A stretch of 62,604 nucleotides of DNA, filler included, from Choristocarpus tenellus KU-1152 (GCA_964200185.2; 11 parts of 11 records of this genome joined end to end with filler, not necessarily neighbours in it), one strand, 5' to 3'. Shown: positions 42,800 to 54,852, counted from the first letter of the whole stretch. A program made the numbers and translations. Notes: generated by a model not told the origin, from the sequence alone.

Positions 42800-44900
42800 G
42801 TTGTCTGAAATGGTGAGTGTTGTTTCTGAAAAAATCTTCATAATAGAAGAGGCATCGACAGATAAACATACAACTGGTGTACCTGCCAATGCCCACAACA
42901 TGGCAGGTTCATGCACAGGTTATTTGTTGGAAGCTGCTTCAGAGTGCTGCTACCTCCCACACAGATAGTGTTGCCAGGAGGGTGGTGTCCAAGTGACCAA
43001 GCTCTAGCAAGCCTCCAAGGAGTAGGAAACGGCATAGGACTTCACTGCACAACCCCATAAAACACCATTTTTCGAGATGACATTGAAGATGACCCATAAA
43101 CAGCTCAAACAGGGGAAGGTGTCTACTGTAGTTTCTGACACCCATACTTGAGAAGGAAAATCATATCCACCATGGAGATTGAACTGGTGCCTACCGGTAC
43201 CTGAAAGGGTTTAAGACAGAGAGTACAATATAGAGTGCCTACTAGCACATCCAAGACGATCCTGGAAGGCTACTGTGAATGCAAGCACCCATAATGGAAC
43301 AGGTGAAGGGATCTTTGATGTGCTCATAAATGGCAGGTCAGTCAACCTTAATCCTTCTAGTGCTGAAGCCCTCGACCATTGACCCGCATGGAAGGCACAC
43401 GCTAGTGCACCATCTCTGGAGAAAGTTGTTGAAGCAATCCAGGTAACTAGAAATGGGAAGGCTATGGGTTTAGATAATCTTCCAGGTGAGATCCTAAAAC
43501 TTGATCTGAAGGAGGACAAGATGACCCTCGAGAGTTTCCACGAGACTGCGTTGGCTCTGTGGGACAATGAAATTGTGACCGAGGTTTGGAAGAGGGCAGT
43601 CATCAATGTGCTCCACAAGAAGGAAAAGATAAATTGTGGTCACTACAGGGGCATCTCAATAGTGGCACACACTGGAAAGTTCTACTCATGGTTGCCGCAT
43701 GACAGTTAAGAGCTTGCTTGGAACAGGAGAACATACTCCATAGGGAACAATGTGGATATGTACCCGCTCCAATGGTCCACATAGATATGATGTAGACCAT
43801 ACATGCCCTCCAACAGGTTGGCCTTGAAAATCGTGTACCTTTGTTCATGTGTTGTATAGACCGACAGAGAGTGTATGACTCTGTTGACCATGAACTCCAG
43901 TGGATTGTGCTTTGCAACTGTGGAGTTGTCTGAGAAGATGAATTAAGTCGTTTGCTCATTCCATCATGGAATGTGTCCATGCTTCTGCTTGGAGGATAGA
44001 AATGGTACAGATTGATTGGACAAGGCCTTTGACAAGGGTGCATTCTTGCTTCCACACACTTTAAGATCTTCACTGCAGTGGTAAGCATAGCAGTTACAGA
44101 ATTCCTCTCACCGGGCTATCTCCGAGGAACTTGTCATCAAGAGAGTGGCCACATGAACAATCAAGTCAGAGGAAGAGAAGGAACTGGTAGTATGGCAACG
44201 CTTGAGTGACTCCGATGGGATTTGCTCTCTGCTGACGATGTGGGTATTGTGTCTAATACCAAGGAAGTCTGGTTATGATGTGGTGGTAATAGTGATCGTG
44301 AAGGTGGCCTGATCCTGATCATTCAGGCTGATCATGTCTGAGTTGAAGTTGAAGTTGGAGACAATGTCCCTTCGACCTCTCAATAAGGCAGCAGACTTCA
44401 CGCAGAACTGGGCTTTGGACAAGAGCTACAAGCAGACTGGTAAGATTGGTTACCACCTTGGAGGCATCATCAGCGATCAAATCTGTAACCCCATCGAGAT
44501 ATTATTTTGGAATCTCTTGAGGAGTCCAGATACATCTTTCGTGACTATGTTACGTGCCCTCTGAGGCTCAAAGTATCTGGGGGGGGGTGGTGGCTGTCCA
44601 TTTGGGGCCAATTTTTTCATATCGCAATTTTTGGGTGATTTGGTTCCACACGTTGGATGGATAATGAAATTTCACTTTTCCTGGTTTGGTCCAGATGGAC
44701 ACTCTGGTTTAGACCCCCTCCCCCCCCCAGATACTTTGGGTCCTGACACAATTTCTTTGTTAAGCAATTGGGTACCGTTTGCCCCTCTGTGCGCACTCAT
44801 TGTTCCAAGTGGAACGATGCCCCATCTTGAGGTGCTAGGAAGTGGGATTTGTGAGCAATCATTCTGACAACAAATACTTTCAACCTACTTCCTGCCTCTC
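42800..44900 (+). mobile_element. Decayed RTE-clade non-LTR retrotransposon (reverse transcriptase region)
   Basis: GLDNLPGEILK, WKRAVINVLHKK..NCGHYRGISIVAHTGK, VPLFMCCIDRQRVYDSVDHEL, G(stop)QGCILA and LLSADDVGIVS (YADD) occur in order with stops and frameshifts. Interrupted by a family A MITE. Confidence 0.85.
44565..44742. mobile_element. MITE family A inserted in a LINE, TSD CTGA (partial copies at 7332-7401, 45347-45480, 53103-53139, 59458-59543)
   Basis: CTGA on both flanks. Family TIRs. Confidence 0.85.
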
Positions 44901-45040
44901 AGAATGGACATTGTGAGGGTGTTGTTCTGGATCTATGTTGGCGCATCAGGATAAGGATTTCCTTTCATTGGACCTGATATGAGCTACTTGGATCCACACT
45001 ATCATCAATGCAACCACATTGACCAAAAGGTGTGTGAAGG

Positions 45041-45316
45041 GAGTGAAAGTATCTTAGAGGATATGAGTTTTTCCCTGTTTGTCCATTTGGAGCTTGACTT
45101 CCCTTGGAGTTTTTTATGACATTTTCCTAGTCCAAAATATTTCTGATTAGGTAAAATGTGTATGTTATGAAAAGGTGTGTCCGGAACAACGATATTGACA
45201 CTTCCTACTCCGAAATATTTTGGAGTAGGAAAATGTCATAAAATCTCCGAGGGAAGCCAAGCCCCAAATAATGGACAAACAGGGCTGAACTCGTACCCTC
45301 TAAGATGCTTTCACTC
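45041..45316. mobile_element. MITE family B chimera with two 'long' ends and no TSD
   Basis: The long end reads to CACTTCCTA, then switches to an inverted copy of the same half. Flanks AAGG/TCAC do not match. Confidence 0.75.
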
Positions 45317-45692
45317 TCACACCACATTTTTGCCTGAGGAACACATGGCTCGAAGTATCTGGGGGGAAAGGGGGGTCTACAACAGGGTGTCCATCCGGGC
45401 CTTCGCCAGGAGAAGTGCACTTACATTATTTATCCGATGCATGCAACCAAATCCACCCAAACATCGCGACATGGAAAAATNNNNNNNNNNNNNNNNNNNN
45501 NNNNNNNNNNNNNNNNNNNNNNNNTTAATTAATTAANNNNNNNNNNNNNNNNNNNNNNNNNNNNNNNNNNNNNNNNNNNNTCTGGGGAACTGAAAATAAT
45601 GAGATGATACATGCTGCAGAGGGGGGCTGGTAAACTTGCAAGAGCAAAGGCCCATAGAGAGGACAGTTGTTGGAGTGCACACCTCTAGGGTT

Positions 45693-45956
45693 GAACCAAA
45701 GTATCTTAGAGGGCAAGGCCGCGTCCATTTGGGGACCAAAATCCAATGTTGCGATTTTGATGTAATTTTGTCCATCATGTTTGGCTAGGAAGTGTCAATA
45801 TCCTTGTTCCGAACACACCTCTTCATAACGTATACATTTTACCTACTCCAAAACATTTCGGAGTAGGAAAATGTCATAAAAAAACGCATGGGAAGTCAAG
45901 CCCCAAATGGTCAAACAGGGCTAAACTCGTACCCTAACCCTAAGATACTTTCACTC
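45693..45956. mobile_element. MITE family B, TSD GGTT
   Basis: GGTT on both flanks. Confidence 0.9.
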
Positions 45957-46464
45957 GGTTGTGATGAACTAGCAGGTGTCAAGTGATACTATTTCTAGTA
46001 CGAAAAATTGAGCGATAATGATTCTGAAAAATGCAAGTATTACTTCTGAGGTGTGTGCAATGTTCACAGTGAATGCTGTAATTTTGACTGTAAGTAATCA
46101 ACGCTCACTGCATGACCCCATGCAAGAGAAAATATATATTAATATTTCCTTACTTCCAAGTGGCAGTTCTGCTGTAAGCAAAGTATGTTCATCTTGAACA
46201 TGCGGAATTGGATCCGAACAGTGTTGAAGGGGTACCCAAAAATCTTCACTCCTCGAGGGTTATCGTCGTAAATGACAAAAAAGGAATAGAAAAATCCAGG
46301 AGCACTGCAAATGTCTTCTACTTTGAAAACTGTCTTTTGATTATTGGAGGCCATACTCACAAGAATCCACTCCCAATCTAATGCTACGACAGCATGAGGC
46401 TGATGCTTCCTCTCACTGCTTGACCACAAGGGTTTTTAGCTATTGGTTTCTAACACTTCATGAA

Positions 46465-46722
46465 GAGCCAAAGTATCTTAGAGGGTAGAGCCACGTCCAT
46501 TTGGGGGCCAAAATACAGTGTTGCGATTTCAATGTAAATTTGGCTATCGTGTTTGTTAGGAAATGTCAATATCCTTGTTCCAAATACACCTTTTCGTAAC
46601 ATACACATTTTACCTACTCCGAAATATTTTGGACTACGAAAATGTCATAAAAACCCTGAGGGAAGCCAAGCCCCAAATGGACAAACAGGGCAAAACCCGT
46701 ACCCTCTAAGATACTTTCACTC
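46465..46722. mobile_element. MITE family B, full length, TSD TGAA
   Basis: TIR GAG(CC/TG)AAAGTATCTTAGAGGGTA. TGAA on both flanks. Central CCTACTCC..GTAGG-type hairpin. Confidence 0.9.
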
Positions 46723-46805
46723 TGAAGGATGAAAACCAGTCCAGCACTCATCACATTGAAAACCGATGCAGTATAGAATCCCCCCTTGTGGTTTGAGGTA
46801 GTTTT

Positions 46806-47064
46806 GAGTGAAAGTATCTTAGAGGGTACAAGTTTAGCCCTTTTTGTCCATTTGGGAATTGGCTTCCCATGCGTTTTTTTATGACATTTTCCTACTCCGA
46901 AATGTTTTGGAGTAGGTAAAATGTATACATTATGAAGAGGTGTGTCTGGAACAAGGATATTGACACTTCCTAACAAACACGAGGGCCAAAATTACATCCA
47001 AATCACAACATTGGATTTTGGTCCCCATATGGACGCGGCCTTGCCCTCTAAGATACTTTGGCTC
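46806..47064. mobile_element. MITE family B, inverted relative to the 46465 copy
   Basis: Same TIRs and interior. Flanks TTTT/TTTG. Confidence 0.9.
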
Positions 47065-47394
47065 TTTGTTTAATGACACACAACCTCAACTGTAGAACTG
47101 GTCCTAGGGCGAGGACCGGTTCTAGGGCGTCTCAAGAGGTTCGCATGTACCTTACACCTGTCATATCTAAGAATTTGTGTGATTATGTATTCGATAAAAA
47201 TATTCAGAAATGTCAGTGCAAACCAAATCAAAGTTGAGATGAGTCCAATATCCATATGCATCGGGAAAATAGCAAGTACACATAGAGTGTTGATTCTGGC
47301 CCCAACTCTCCACAATGGACATAATGCACACTGCATGTGCCCTCCAAGAACTTGGCAAGAAAAAGCTTTTATCCCTGTTTGGCGTGCTTTATCG

Positions 47395-47652
47395 GAGTGA
47401 AAGTATCTTAGAGGGTACGAGTTTTGCCCTGTTTGCCTGTTTGGGTCTTGGCCTCCCACTTTTTTTAATGACATTTTACCTGCTCCGAAATATTTCGGAG
47501 CAGGTAAAATGTATACATTATGAAAATGTGTGCCCGGAACAGGGATATTGCCACTTCCTAACAAACACGATAGTCAAAATTACGTCAAAATCACAACATC
47601 AGATTTTGGCCCCCAAACGGACACGGCTCTACCCTCTAAGATACTTTGACAC
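47395..47652. mobile_element. MITE family B, TSD ATCG
   Basis: ATCG on both flanks. Perfect 42-bp internal palindrome. Confidence 0.9.
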
Positions 47653-48112
47653 ATCGATCTAAAGATAGCATATGACTCTGTTTTCCGCCAGTGGCGTCAC
47701 ACAGAGCTCTACTTCCAAGGATTCATGCCCTACACACAGGTCAGGGCAAGCTGGTTCTTATGTTATAGCTAAAGTAACAATAGTGGAAGTAGATGAGAGG
47801 TACTCGGGGTTGCATTTTAAAGGATGCTGACAAATATGTGCAGAATTCGTATGTTTTGTTTGTCTATTTGTTTGTTACAAATGTGTGTACAGGATATCTC
47901 CTAAATCGTGTTGGAAATCTCCAAACAATAAGAGAAATAAAAACGCTCTCAAGTCAAATTCAGAACTTCGTCCATCAAAAATACTGGGTGAATTGCAAAA
48001 AGATTGAAAAAAAAAAAGACTTGAAGTGCAAAAAAAAAAGTGCCTACATTTTTTTTATTTGACTCTAAGTACTTTGATCTCCTCACAAGGGGGTATAAGT
48101 TTCTCACTGTAC

Positions 48113-48309
48113 CTGCTTCAGTTTCTTCCGAAAGGCACACACCACGTTGGAGGGAACTTGGGAAGATTGTTTATTGCCTAGAACCTCCGATTCCGACTTG
48201 GCCGACCCCATGAGTCGAGACGTCAGGGTTTCATCAATCTCAGTGAGGCTTGGGTAGCCCTTGGAAGCATCCTTGACAAGATCGTGGTATATAAGTTCTT
48301 CTGAATTGC
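48113..48309 (-). CDS. Possible additional exon, perhaps of the EF-hand gene
   Basis: Open frame NSEELIYHDLVKD...RKKLKQ bounded by CAG and GT, downstream of a (TTA)n-containing intron-like stretch. Phase link to upstream exons not resolved. Confidence 0.3.
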
Positions 48310-48355
48310 CTGTCGAGGTATCCGAGAGAAAGAAAACAATAACAATAGTATTAGC

Positions 48356-48398
<43 letters not shown>

Positions 48399-48854
48399 GC
48401 AATAGTAACAACTGACTGCATCATAAATGCAGAATAGTAATATGTACATACTTCATTGTTATGTTGTGAGAAATTATTTGTTCGTGTGAACAGCATTTGT
48501 TCGCCTCCTATCTCTCCTACAGCCCCTTCATGTTGTCATCTCATAATCGAAGACAAGAAAGGATTACTGCAGCTGCCGGGGAGTGGAATATGTAGCATAG
48601 TGTTTGGCACGGAATGCTGTACAAAAACAGTCATGTGAGGCACTCTAGGCAGATTCTGACGAGATGACAGATCCAAGATCGTACAATTGAGACAACATCA
48701 GGTTTGTTACCATTCTTCTCAATGTCGATTCTTTACCTGTGCTACATAATTGGATTAAATCATGCTAGAGGTAATGGACAGACCTATTTATCTGCTCAAT
48801 AAACGTACAATCCGGATCTGACATGCAAGGAACCTCAAATATGAATAAACCAAT

Positions 48855-50530
48855 TAGTGACTTTTCCTCTTAACATCCAAAAATTCGTCAACATCTTGAC
48901 TGTCCATCTCAGAGCTTTCTGTCACATTTTCTGAAACAAACTCCCAAAGCTAAGCCCACAGACCCTCATCAACCATCACGAAATCCAAGTGTTGTCACAA
49001 TGGCGAGAGAAACCCCCAACATAGTAAAATCCCCTCGATGCTTTACCCACCCTCATGAGCATAGTAGGAGAATATTTCACAGATCTCCTTGTGGGAAACT
49101 GGAACTCCAAACTGGCACATGGCACCCTGAAATTCGTGTTTCTGCAGGACACCTCTGAGAATGATAGGACAGTCGTTCAGATGGAATTTGTAGACAAAAT
49201 GTTGGAGCTCTACTGTTCTTGCAACTTAGGGGCAATAGGTTTTAAACCCATTGCTGAACTGAAATGATCCATACTTCGATGTATATATATTTCGATATCA
49301 TAGCACAAAATACAATTTAAGTTTGTTGTACTTTTATCTATTGTACCACCAAGTTCTGGATATCCCTCTCGCCGACCAACCAAACCAACCAATCATGATT
49401 TTGGTCCTTGCCATTGCAGCTCTTCAATTTGCATTATTGGCTTCAAATATTGGGGCATTTTTTCCCCTAAATTACAAGAAAAATTGAAGTTTGGGTATTC
49501 GATGTTGTTTAAGTACTAAAGCATTATATCAACACAAAAATAACCTTCAATCAATACAATACTACTCATTATTATGTACATATTGAGTATGAATTTAAGA
49601 TTGATTTTCACTCAGAAGTGTGGGCTAAAAAACAGCCAGGAGGGGCGATTTAATGAGGAAGTTGACCTGATAGTCCACAATATATCACGGATATGATCTT
49701 CATTGTACAACAAAAGTGTCTACATTGCCAGGTGGGCAGATCAAGTGAGTGACTCCAAGGGAGAAGATAACTGATTGGATATGGCAAATATTGGACCTTG
49801 AGATATGTACTATAGGTCGTAGCAAGAAATGGTAGTGGCCAATGATTGCCAGCACAGAAACATTCAGGACAATTGATTCAACTGTTGGAGTTGGAGAACG
49901 TTGCTAAGCCAGCTGACTATGACAATCCACCATGCTGCTCTCACCGGCTGTCAGTATCCCAGCGAACTAGGATATTGTGGATGAGTGTTCTTGGGCGCCC
50001 ACCCCCGTTCTTATTTTTCTTGTCCGCCATATAGGTCAACTTTTGGATGAACCTCTTGACCACCTTACTTGACTGTGGTGCTCAGGTTGCGACCACAGAT
50101 TACTCCACAAATTAGTCATTCATTGTGTTTCTTGAGGGAGGGATTGCAACATTCTGCTGTTTGTGTACCTCAAAAGCAAGGAGAGGACTACTTAGTACTG
50201 TGCTCATTCGAGACAAGTAAGTGCATGCGTGTCCATTTCCGCGTGGATCGCATGACTCCGCTCAACACCTAGCCTCCTCCCACAGGTTAGATAAGAGTGC
50301 CTCATTCCCGTACGCCCACCTTCCTTTTCTCGAGTTTCGTCTTGAGTAGTTCACGACGGTATTGGGACCTCTGGTCTCTTTTACATTGGTCCTTGAACAT
50401 GCGCCACTTTACACCCGGTTGACCAATATCATTGCGGAAGTTGGCGCGATGGAGGGCTCGAATCTGGAGCGTGGGGCATTGTTTTGTCTCGAGTTGGGAT
50501 TGATAGCAATCGAAAAGTAGGGTAACTATC
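48855..50530 (-). CDS. Multi-exon EF-hand domain protein (partial model, ends uncertain)
   Basis: Exons 50530-50320, 50072-49945, 49154-49051 and 48930-~48855 join with matching phases and GT/AG sites. The junction builds LVRWDTDSR|GVLQKHEFQGAMCQFGVPVSHKEICEIFSYY, a canonical DxDxxGxLxxxEF loop with a following helix. Confidence 0.75.
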
Positions 50531-51886
50531 CTATTTTAATTGTTATGTGTTCCCTACTCTGCTCTTTAAGTGACTTCGAGTTGGTGGGTAAGAAGGAAAT
50601 ATGCACTCCACTCTAGTTCTGACAACCAATACATGACGCCAGTGGCCACTTGTATACCTATCCCGTACGAACGATCCCCACCTAACCATGGCATCCTACA
50701 AACCCCCCTAGAGATAACGCTCTTCCCATAGTCCCTCCCAGCCAACTCCATCCAAGGTACAGAGATATCCCCTTCTTTTGTCAGTAGCTTGCGTGGTACA
50801 GTTCCTACAGTTCCAGTAGATTTAATTGGACTGAACTCGTGAGGCATAGTTGGACCGAACAAACGTGATTTGTGATTTTTGCATGTTCTTTGAACAAGAC
50901 GTAGGCCGATGTCACACTAATCCGTCCTAGAAGAGCATACGTCAGCCTTCGGTAGCCTTGTAATAGAGGAATCACGTTGTGGGCCGCTCATTCGTCGACA
51001 TCTCAAACCTGCCCTGTTCCACTCCACTTATGGTCTGTTGTAGTCTTATCTCTTTGAATTAGACGATCACCAAAAGGGTACACGCAGCGAAGCATAATCA
51101 CCTCGACTGGACTCATATTCGCCAGCTCATCTCGCCAAACAGGCATCGCTTTTGTCTTGCGGCGAAGTCAACCACTCTTACTTATTGGATTGTACATGAT
51201 CTCAAACCCCTCCATAAACCATTTCACAATATATCCCGAAACGAAACGGAACATAATAATAATGCCGCATCATCCACAATTATTCTTATATTAAGATGTA
51301 CAACAGACACTAGTGGTAGGAGGAGGAACGAGGGCCACATTTTTCTTTTTTTCACGGTTCATCCCCAACCAACACAACACTTCTCCGAAAGGGTCCCTTA
51401 CTAATACACTCGAACTCTTTCACACATTTCTTAGGATGAGATGTTACAGGCGAATTGCGCGAGTATTTCTTCCCGTGCTTTAACCGACGCGAGCAGTGTA
51501 CGTGCGTGGAGAACCCCAAAGGGGGGAACTCCGATTTACTAAAAAGTTGCAGAATAAAATTTGTAACTCTAAAAAGTCGCAAGGGTTCTCTCAGATAAAT
51601 TCCAATGTCTGTAAACCAAAGAAGCCCTAATAATGATAAATGATAATAAGAGATCCTAAAAACGGCTCCGAACAGCTCAGTTCTTCTGACCTAGAGACCC
51701 TACTTCAACACTCTTACTGATATCGAAGAACATACATTGTCTTATCCTAATTCATTCATTGAGAGTACCCCCGTTCTGCTGAGCTGACGTTCGTTAATCT
51801 GTAAATTGGAGGTACCTTTCCTGTGGAGGTAAGTTTATGGAGCGTGCCTGTAACAGAGATAGTAATCGTTGATGTTGAGCTTTTCA

Positions 51887-52059
51887 GAGATAGTCCACCA
51901 TACATGGGGTCATTTGAAGGATGGGTTGTTTTCAGCGGTACGAAAAGAAGAGATCGGTACGTTTGAAGGCGGGGCTCGAATGCTGAGCGAGAAACAAGAC
52001 CAGGAAGAACTCGAAAGAGAGAAGAACGTGCACGCCTCCATACCTATATGTATGGCTAA
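51887..52059 (+). CDS. Putative exon of an unknown gene or element family, homologous to the decayed ORF at 3574-4700
   Basis: Flanked by CTTTTCAG and GTGAGT. About 75% ungapped nucleotide identity over 93 nt with the minus strand of 4050-4142. Confidence 0.4.
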
Positions 52060-53247
52060 GTGAGTCACACCTGAAAGTATGGTGTTTGAGGAACTAAGAA
52101 ACCAACAGGGAACATGGAAGGAAGTGAGATAGCCTTGAGTGTTTCGGCATTCCAGGAGAAAAGTGGGGATACTTCCAGAAAAATTAAACAGATGATATAG
52201 ACCAGTGTGTAGAGGACGAAGCCAAACACTTCATGGGCGTCAGACATAGAGGCGAAAGCAGATACAACTCACCACTTGAAAGTAGAGAGTCACGAAACAT
52301 ACGTGTTGTATTCGATTCTCACTCAATGATGATTTTGTCAAAAGTAGAATGTGTTGATTATACGTATTATTAAAGACGAGTGTGCACATCAGCGAAAGTG
52401 TTCTGATCTCTACACTAGACTAAGATGGTGGACCATGCCCACTTAGCTACACCTTAGACTGATCCAAGTCCACACAGTGAATGTGGGGCAACGCCATCCA
52501 TACACCATACATTCACTCGTGGTATACTTGAAGGATACTTTCAACAGTATCATAACAGAAATAGGATATTAGAGATGTACTATCGTACTACGTAGTACTA
52601 ATCTATGATATTCCTTAATAAGGTGTGATACCTGGACTGGCCTGGGCAAGATGGGTTGGACTGAACCTATCAAAATATGTTGGCGGACCCACAAACTGTC
52701 CGAAATACATTTGAGAATAAAAAGACTAACAAATATGGGTCAAGCTGTACACATCACAATATACTTAAGCATACTCGCTAGGGCTGGTTCGTCGCCTTGT
52801 CCCATTGAAATTCTGACAGTGCTGGTCCGATCCTAATACATGTGTGCCAGTCGAACCAACCTACAGCCCAGTCCCCTAATGTTTGCCCTGTCTCGTGCAA
52901 AGCCCTGGTCTTAAGATAACAATTGTTTGCTCAAATTATCTGGTGGNNNNNNNNNNNNNNNNNNNNNNNNNNNNNNNNNNNNNNNNNNNNTTAATTAATT
53001 AANNNNNNNNNNNNNNNNNNNNNNNNNNNNNNNNNNNNNNNNNNNNGAGGAGGTCTACCCTCCTTTTCTTGTTTTTCTCCCCAATCAACCCCTCGACCTG
53101 CGCCCCCCCCCCCCCCCCCCCCCACAGATACTTTGGGTCTGGACTTCGGATCATCAAAAACTGACCCCCTGGAAAGAGGCCCGGCATCGAAGAGGCTGAA
53201 CCCCCAAAAGTAGTGCAGAGAATGCTATCCATTAATAATATTGAGGA

Positions 53248-53503
53248 GAGTCAAAGCATTTTATGAGGGTAGACGTTTTGCCCTCTTTGTCCGTTTGGGG
53301 CTTTGTTTCCCACTGGTTTTCTATGCCATTTTTCGGTTTTCTGTGTGAACAAAAGTTACCTAAAAATATATACAATTATGAAAGGTGTGCCCAGAGCAAG
53401 GATATGAACACTTGCTTACTAACACAATAGCCGAAATTCATAAAAATCGTAACATTGATGATTCCGAACGGACGCGGCCCTGCCCTCTTAAATGCTTTGG
53501 GTC
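53248..53503. mobile_element. Diverged MITE family B copy (other partial copies at about 29664-29880 and 55848-55912)
   Basis: Recognisable TIRs and interior motifs AAGGTGTG..CAAGGATAT..ATAGCCGAAATT. Confidence 0.7.
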
Positions 53504-53688
53504 ATGAGTGACCCAGTCCCAAGGTCGGGGTGTCTAAATCAGCTTGAAAATCGCCTCTGTATTGTCATGTAATTCCTGCTAGCTGCACATTTGTGTGAGA
53601 TCAAGTTTATCTAATAAGTTGTGATCAACGATATCACCAGCTCATCTCTTGTCCTTCTTCACATCTCCTATATGCCACATTTACATGT

Positions 53689-54852
53689 GTGTGTGTGTAT
53701 GTGTGTGTGTGTGTTTATGGAAAATGGTCTGACTCCCCACATCTCAAGAACCTCCAGATAAAAGGGGAAGCCCATCACTTCCATCGTGACTGCAACATAC
53801 ACCATCAAAATGGTTCATCCTACTGTCAATATTGCAACATGTCGCAGGGGAAGAGGAACAAGAGCTCATGGGCCAGGGGGGAAGATTTGAAGGAACAGAC
53901 TAGGGCAGGAAGAATAGAAAGCAGTGGAGGGTGTGATCCATGGAGTCTACTGCGCCAGAACCAAGCTCAGCACTGTCCCCACCCCTCCACCTCTGACATC
54001 ACCTGTGGAAACAGCGAGCCTCAGAAGAGACACAGAAGAGAAGGAGTAAGAGTTGTGAAGCGAATCCCCCCGCAGCCGCTGGGGTGGAAGAGTTGCGTAA
54101 GACAATTAGACGCTACACGTGGGAAGAGGGAGGAGGCAGGAGGAGGAGGAGGAGGAGGAGGAGGAGGAGGAGGCAGGGGAAAAGTCAGGGCTACCACAGG
54201 ACGAACAACACTAGTGGCAGGAAGCTTACCAGAGCCAAAAGCTGGGTTTGAAGGGGCTCATTCAAATGCTAGACCCAGGACTGTAGCCAGGGAGGGAAAG
54301 GAGGCAGGTGCATTGAGCTGTGCAGGACAGAGGGCAATACAAACGTGTCCATTGCAGACAGTACAATGTGAAGTTGACGGACTAAACACAAAGCAGGTTG
54401 TGCCGAATCAGGGGGACAGAAATCCGTCGGGCCGTGGACGTGGTAGAGGCAGGGTTCGGAGTCTTAGCATGACAGTTTGCAGTACCAGCAACACACAAAC
54501 AGATAGTTGCCAGAGGAGGTCCAATTGTGCTCCTCGTGCTTCAAGATTGGGTGAGTTTAATTCCCCGCCTGCAAATCGTGATGGCGGAAAAAAGGCAGGG
54601 GTGGGGATGGGGATTGGGCCCAGAGTCGATACTGGCGTTAGGGTTGGTGACGGTGACAGCACCTACGAGCCAGATGACAACAACAGCGGGAAGGAAGAGG
54701 GCTTTACTTCTCCACAGTGGAACGCCTACACACATGCAGAGAGTGGTTACACCTACTATCACAATCGGCACAGTGGAATGACGCAGTGGGAGGTTCCCCC
54801 AGAGGTGTTGCGTTTGCGAGAAAAGGGCAGGCATATCATCAGGAACATTTAG
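53689..54852 (+). CDS. Low-complexity protein or large exon with a C-terminal WW domain
   Basis: 387-codon open frame. WNAYTHAESGYTYYHNRHSGMTQWEVP matches the WW consensus (W..GxxYYxN..TxWxxP). Poly-Gly tract present. True start uncertain (ATG 53839 or an upstream splice acceptor). Confidence 0.75.
   Translation: MCVYVCVCVYGKWSDSPHLKNLQIKGEAHHFHRDCNIHHQNGSSYCQYCNMSQGKRNKSSWARGEDLKEQTRAGRIESSGGCDPWSLLRQNQAQHCPHPSTSDITCGNSEPQKRHRREGVRVVKRIPPQPLGWKSCVRQLDATRGKREEAGGGGGGGGGGGGRGKVRATTGRTTLVAGSLPEPKAGFEGAHSNARPRTVAREGKEAGALSCAGQRAIQTCPLQTVQCEVDGLNTKQVVPNQGDRNPSGRGRGRGRVRSLSMTVCSTSNTQTDSCQRRSNCAPRASRLGEFNSPPANRDGGKKAGVGMGIGPRVDTGVRVGDGDSTYEPDDNNSGKEEGFTSPQWNAYTHAESGYTYYHNRHSGMTQWEVPPEVLRLREKGRHIIRNI

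Noticed and set aside
45177-47662. Repeated short ORFs containing SESILEGT or YPLRYFH
   Set aside because: These are chance translations of family B MITE sequence, not a protein family.
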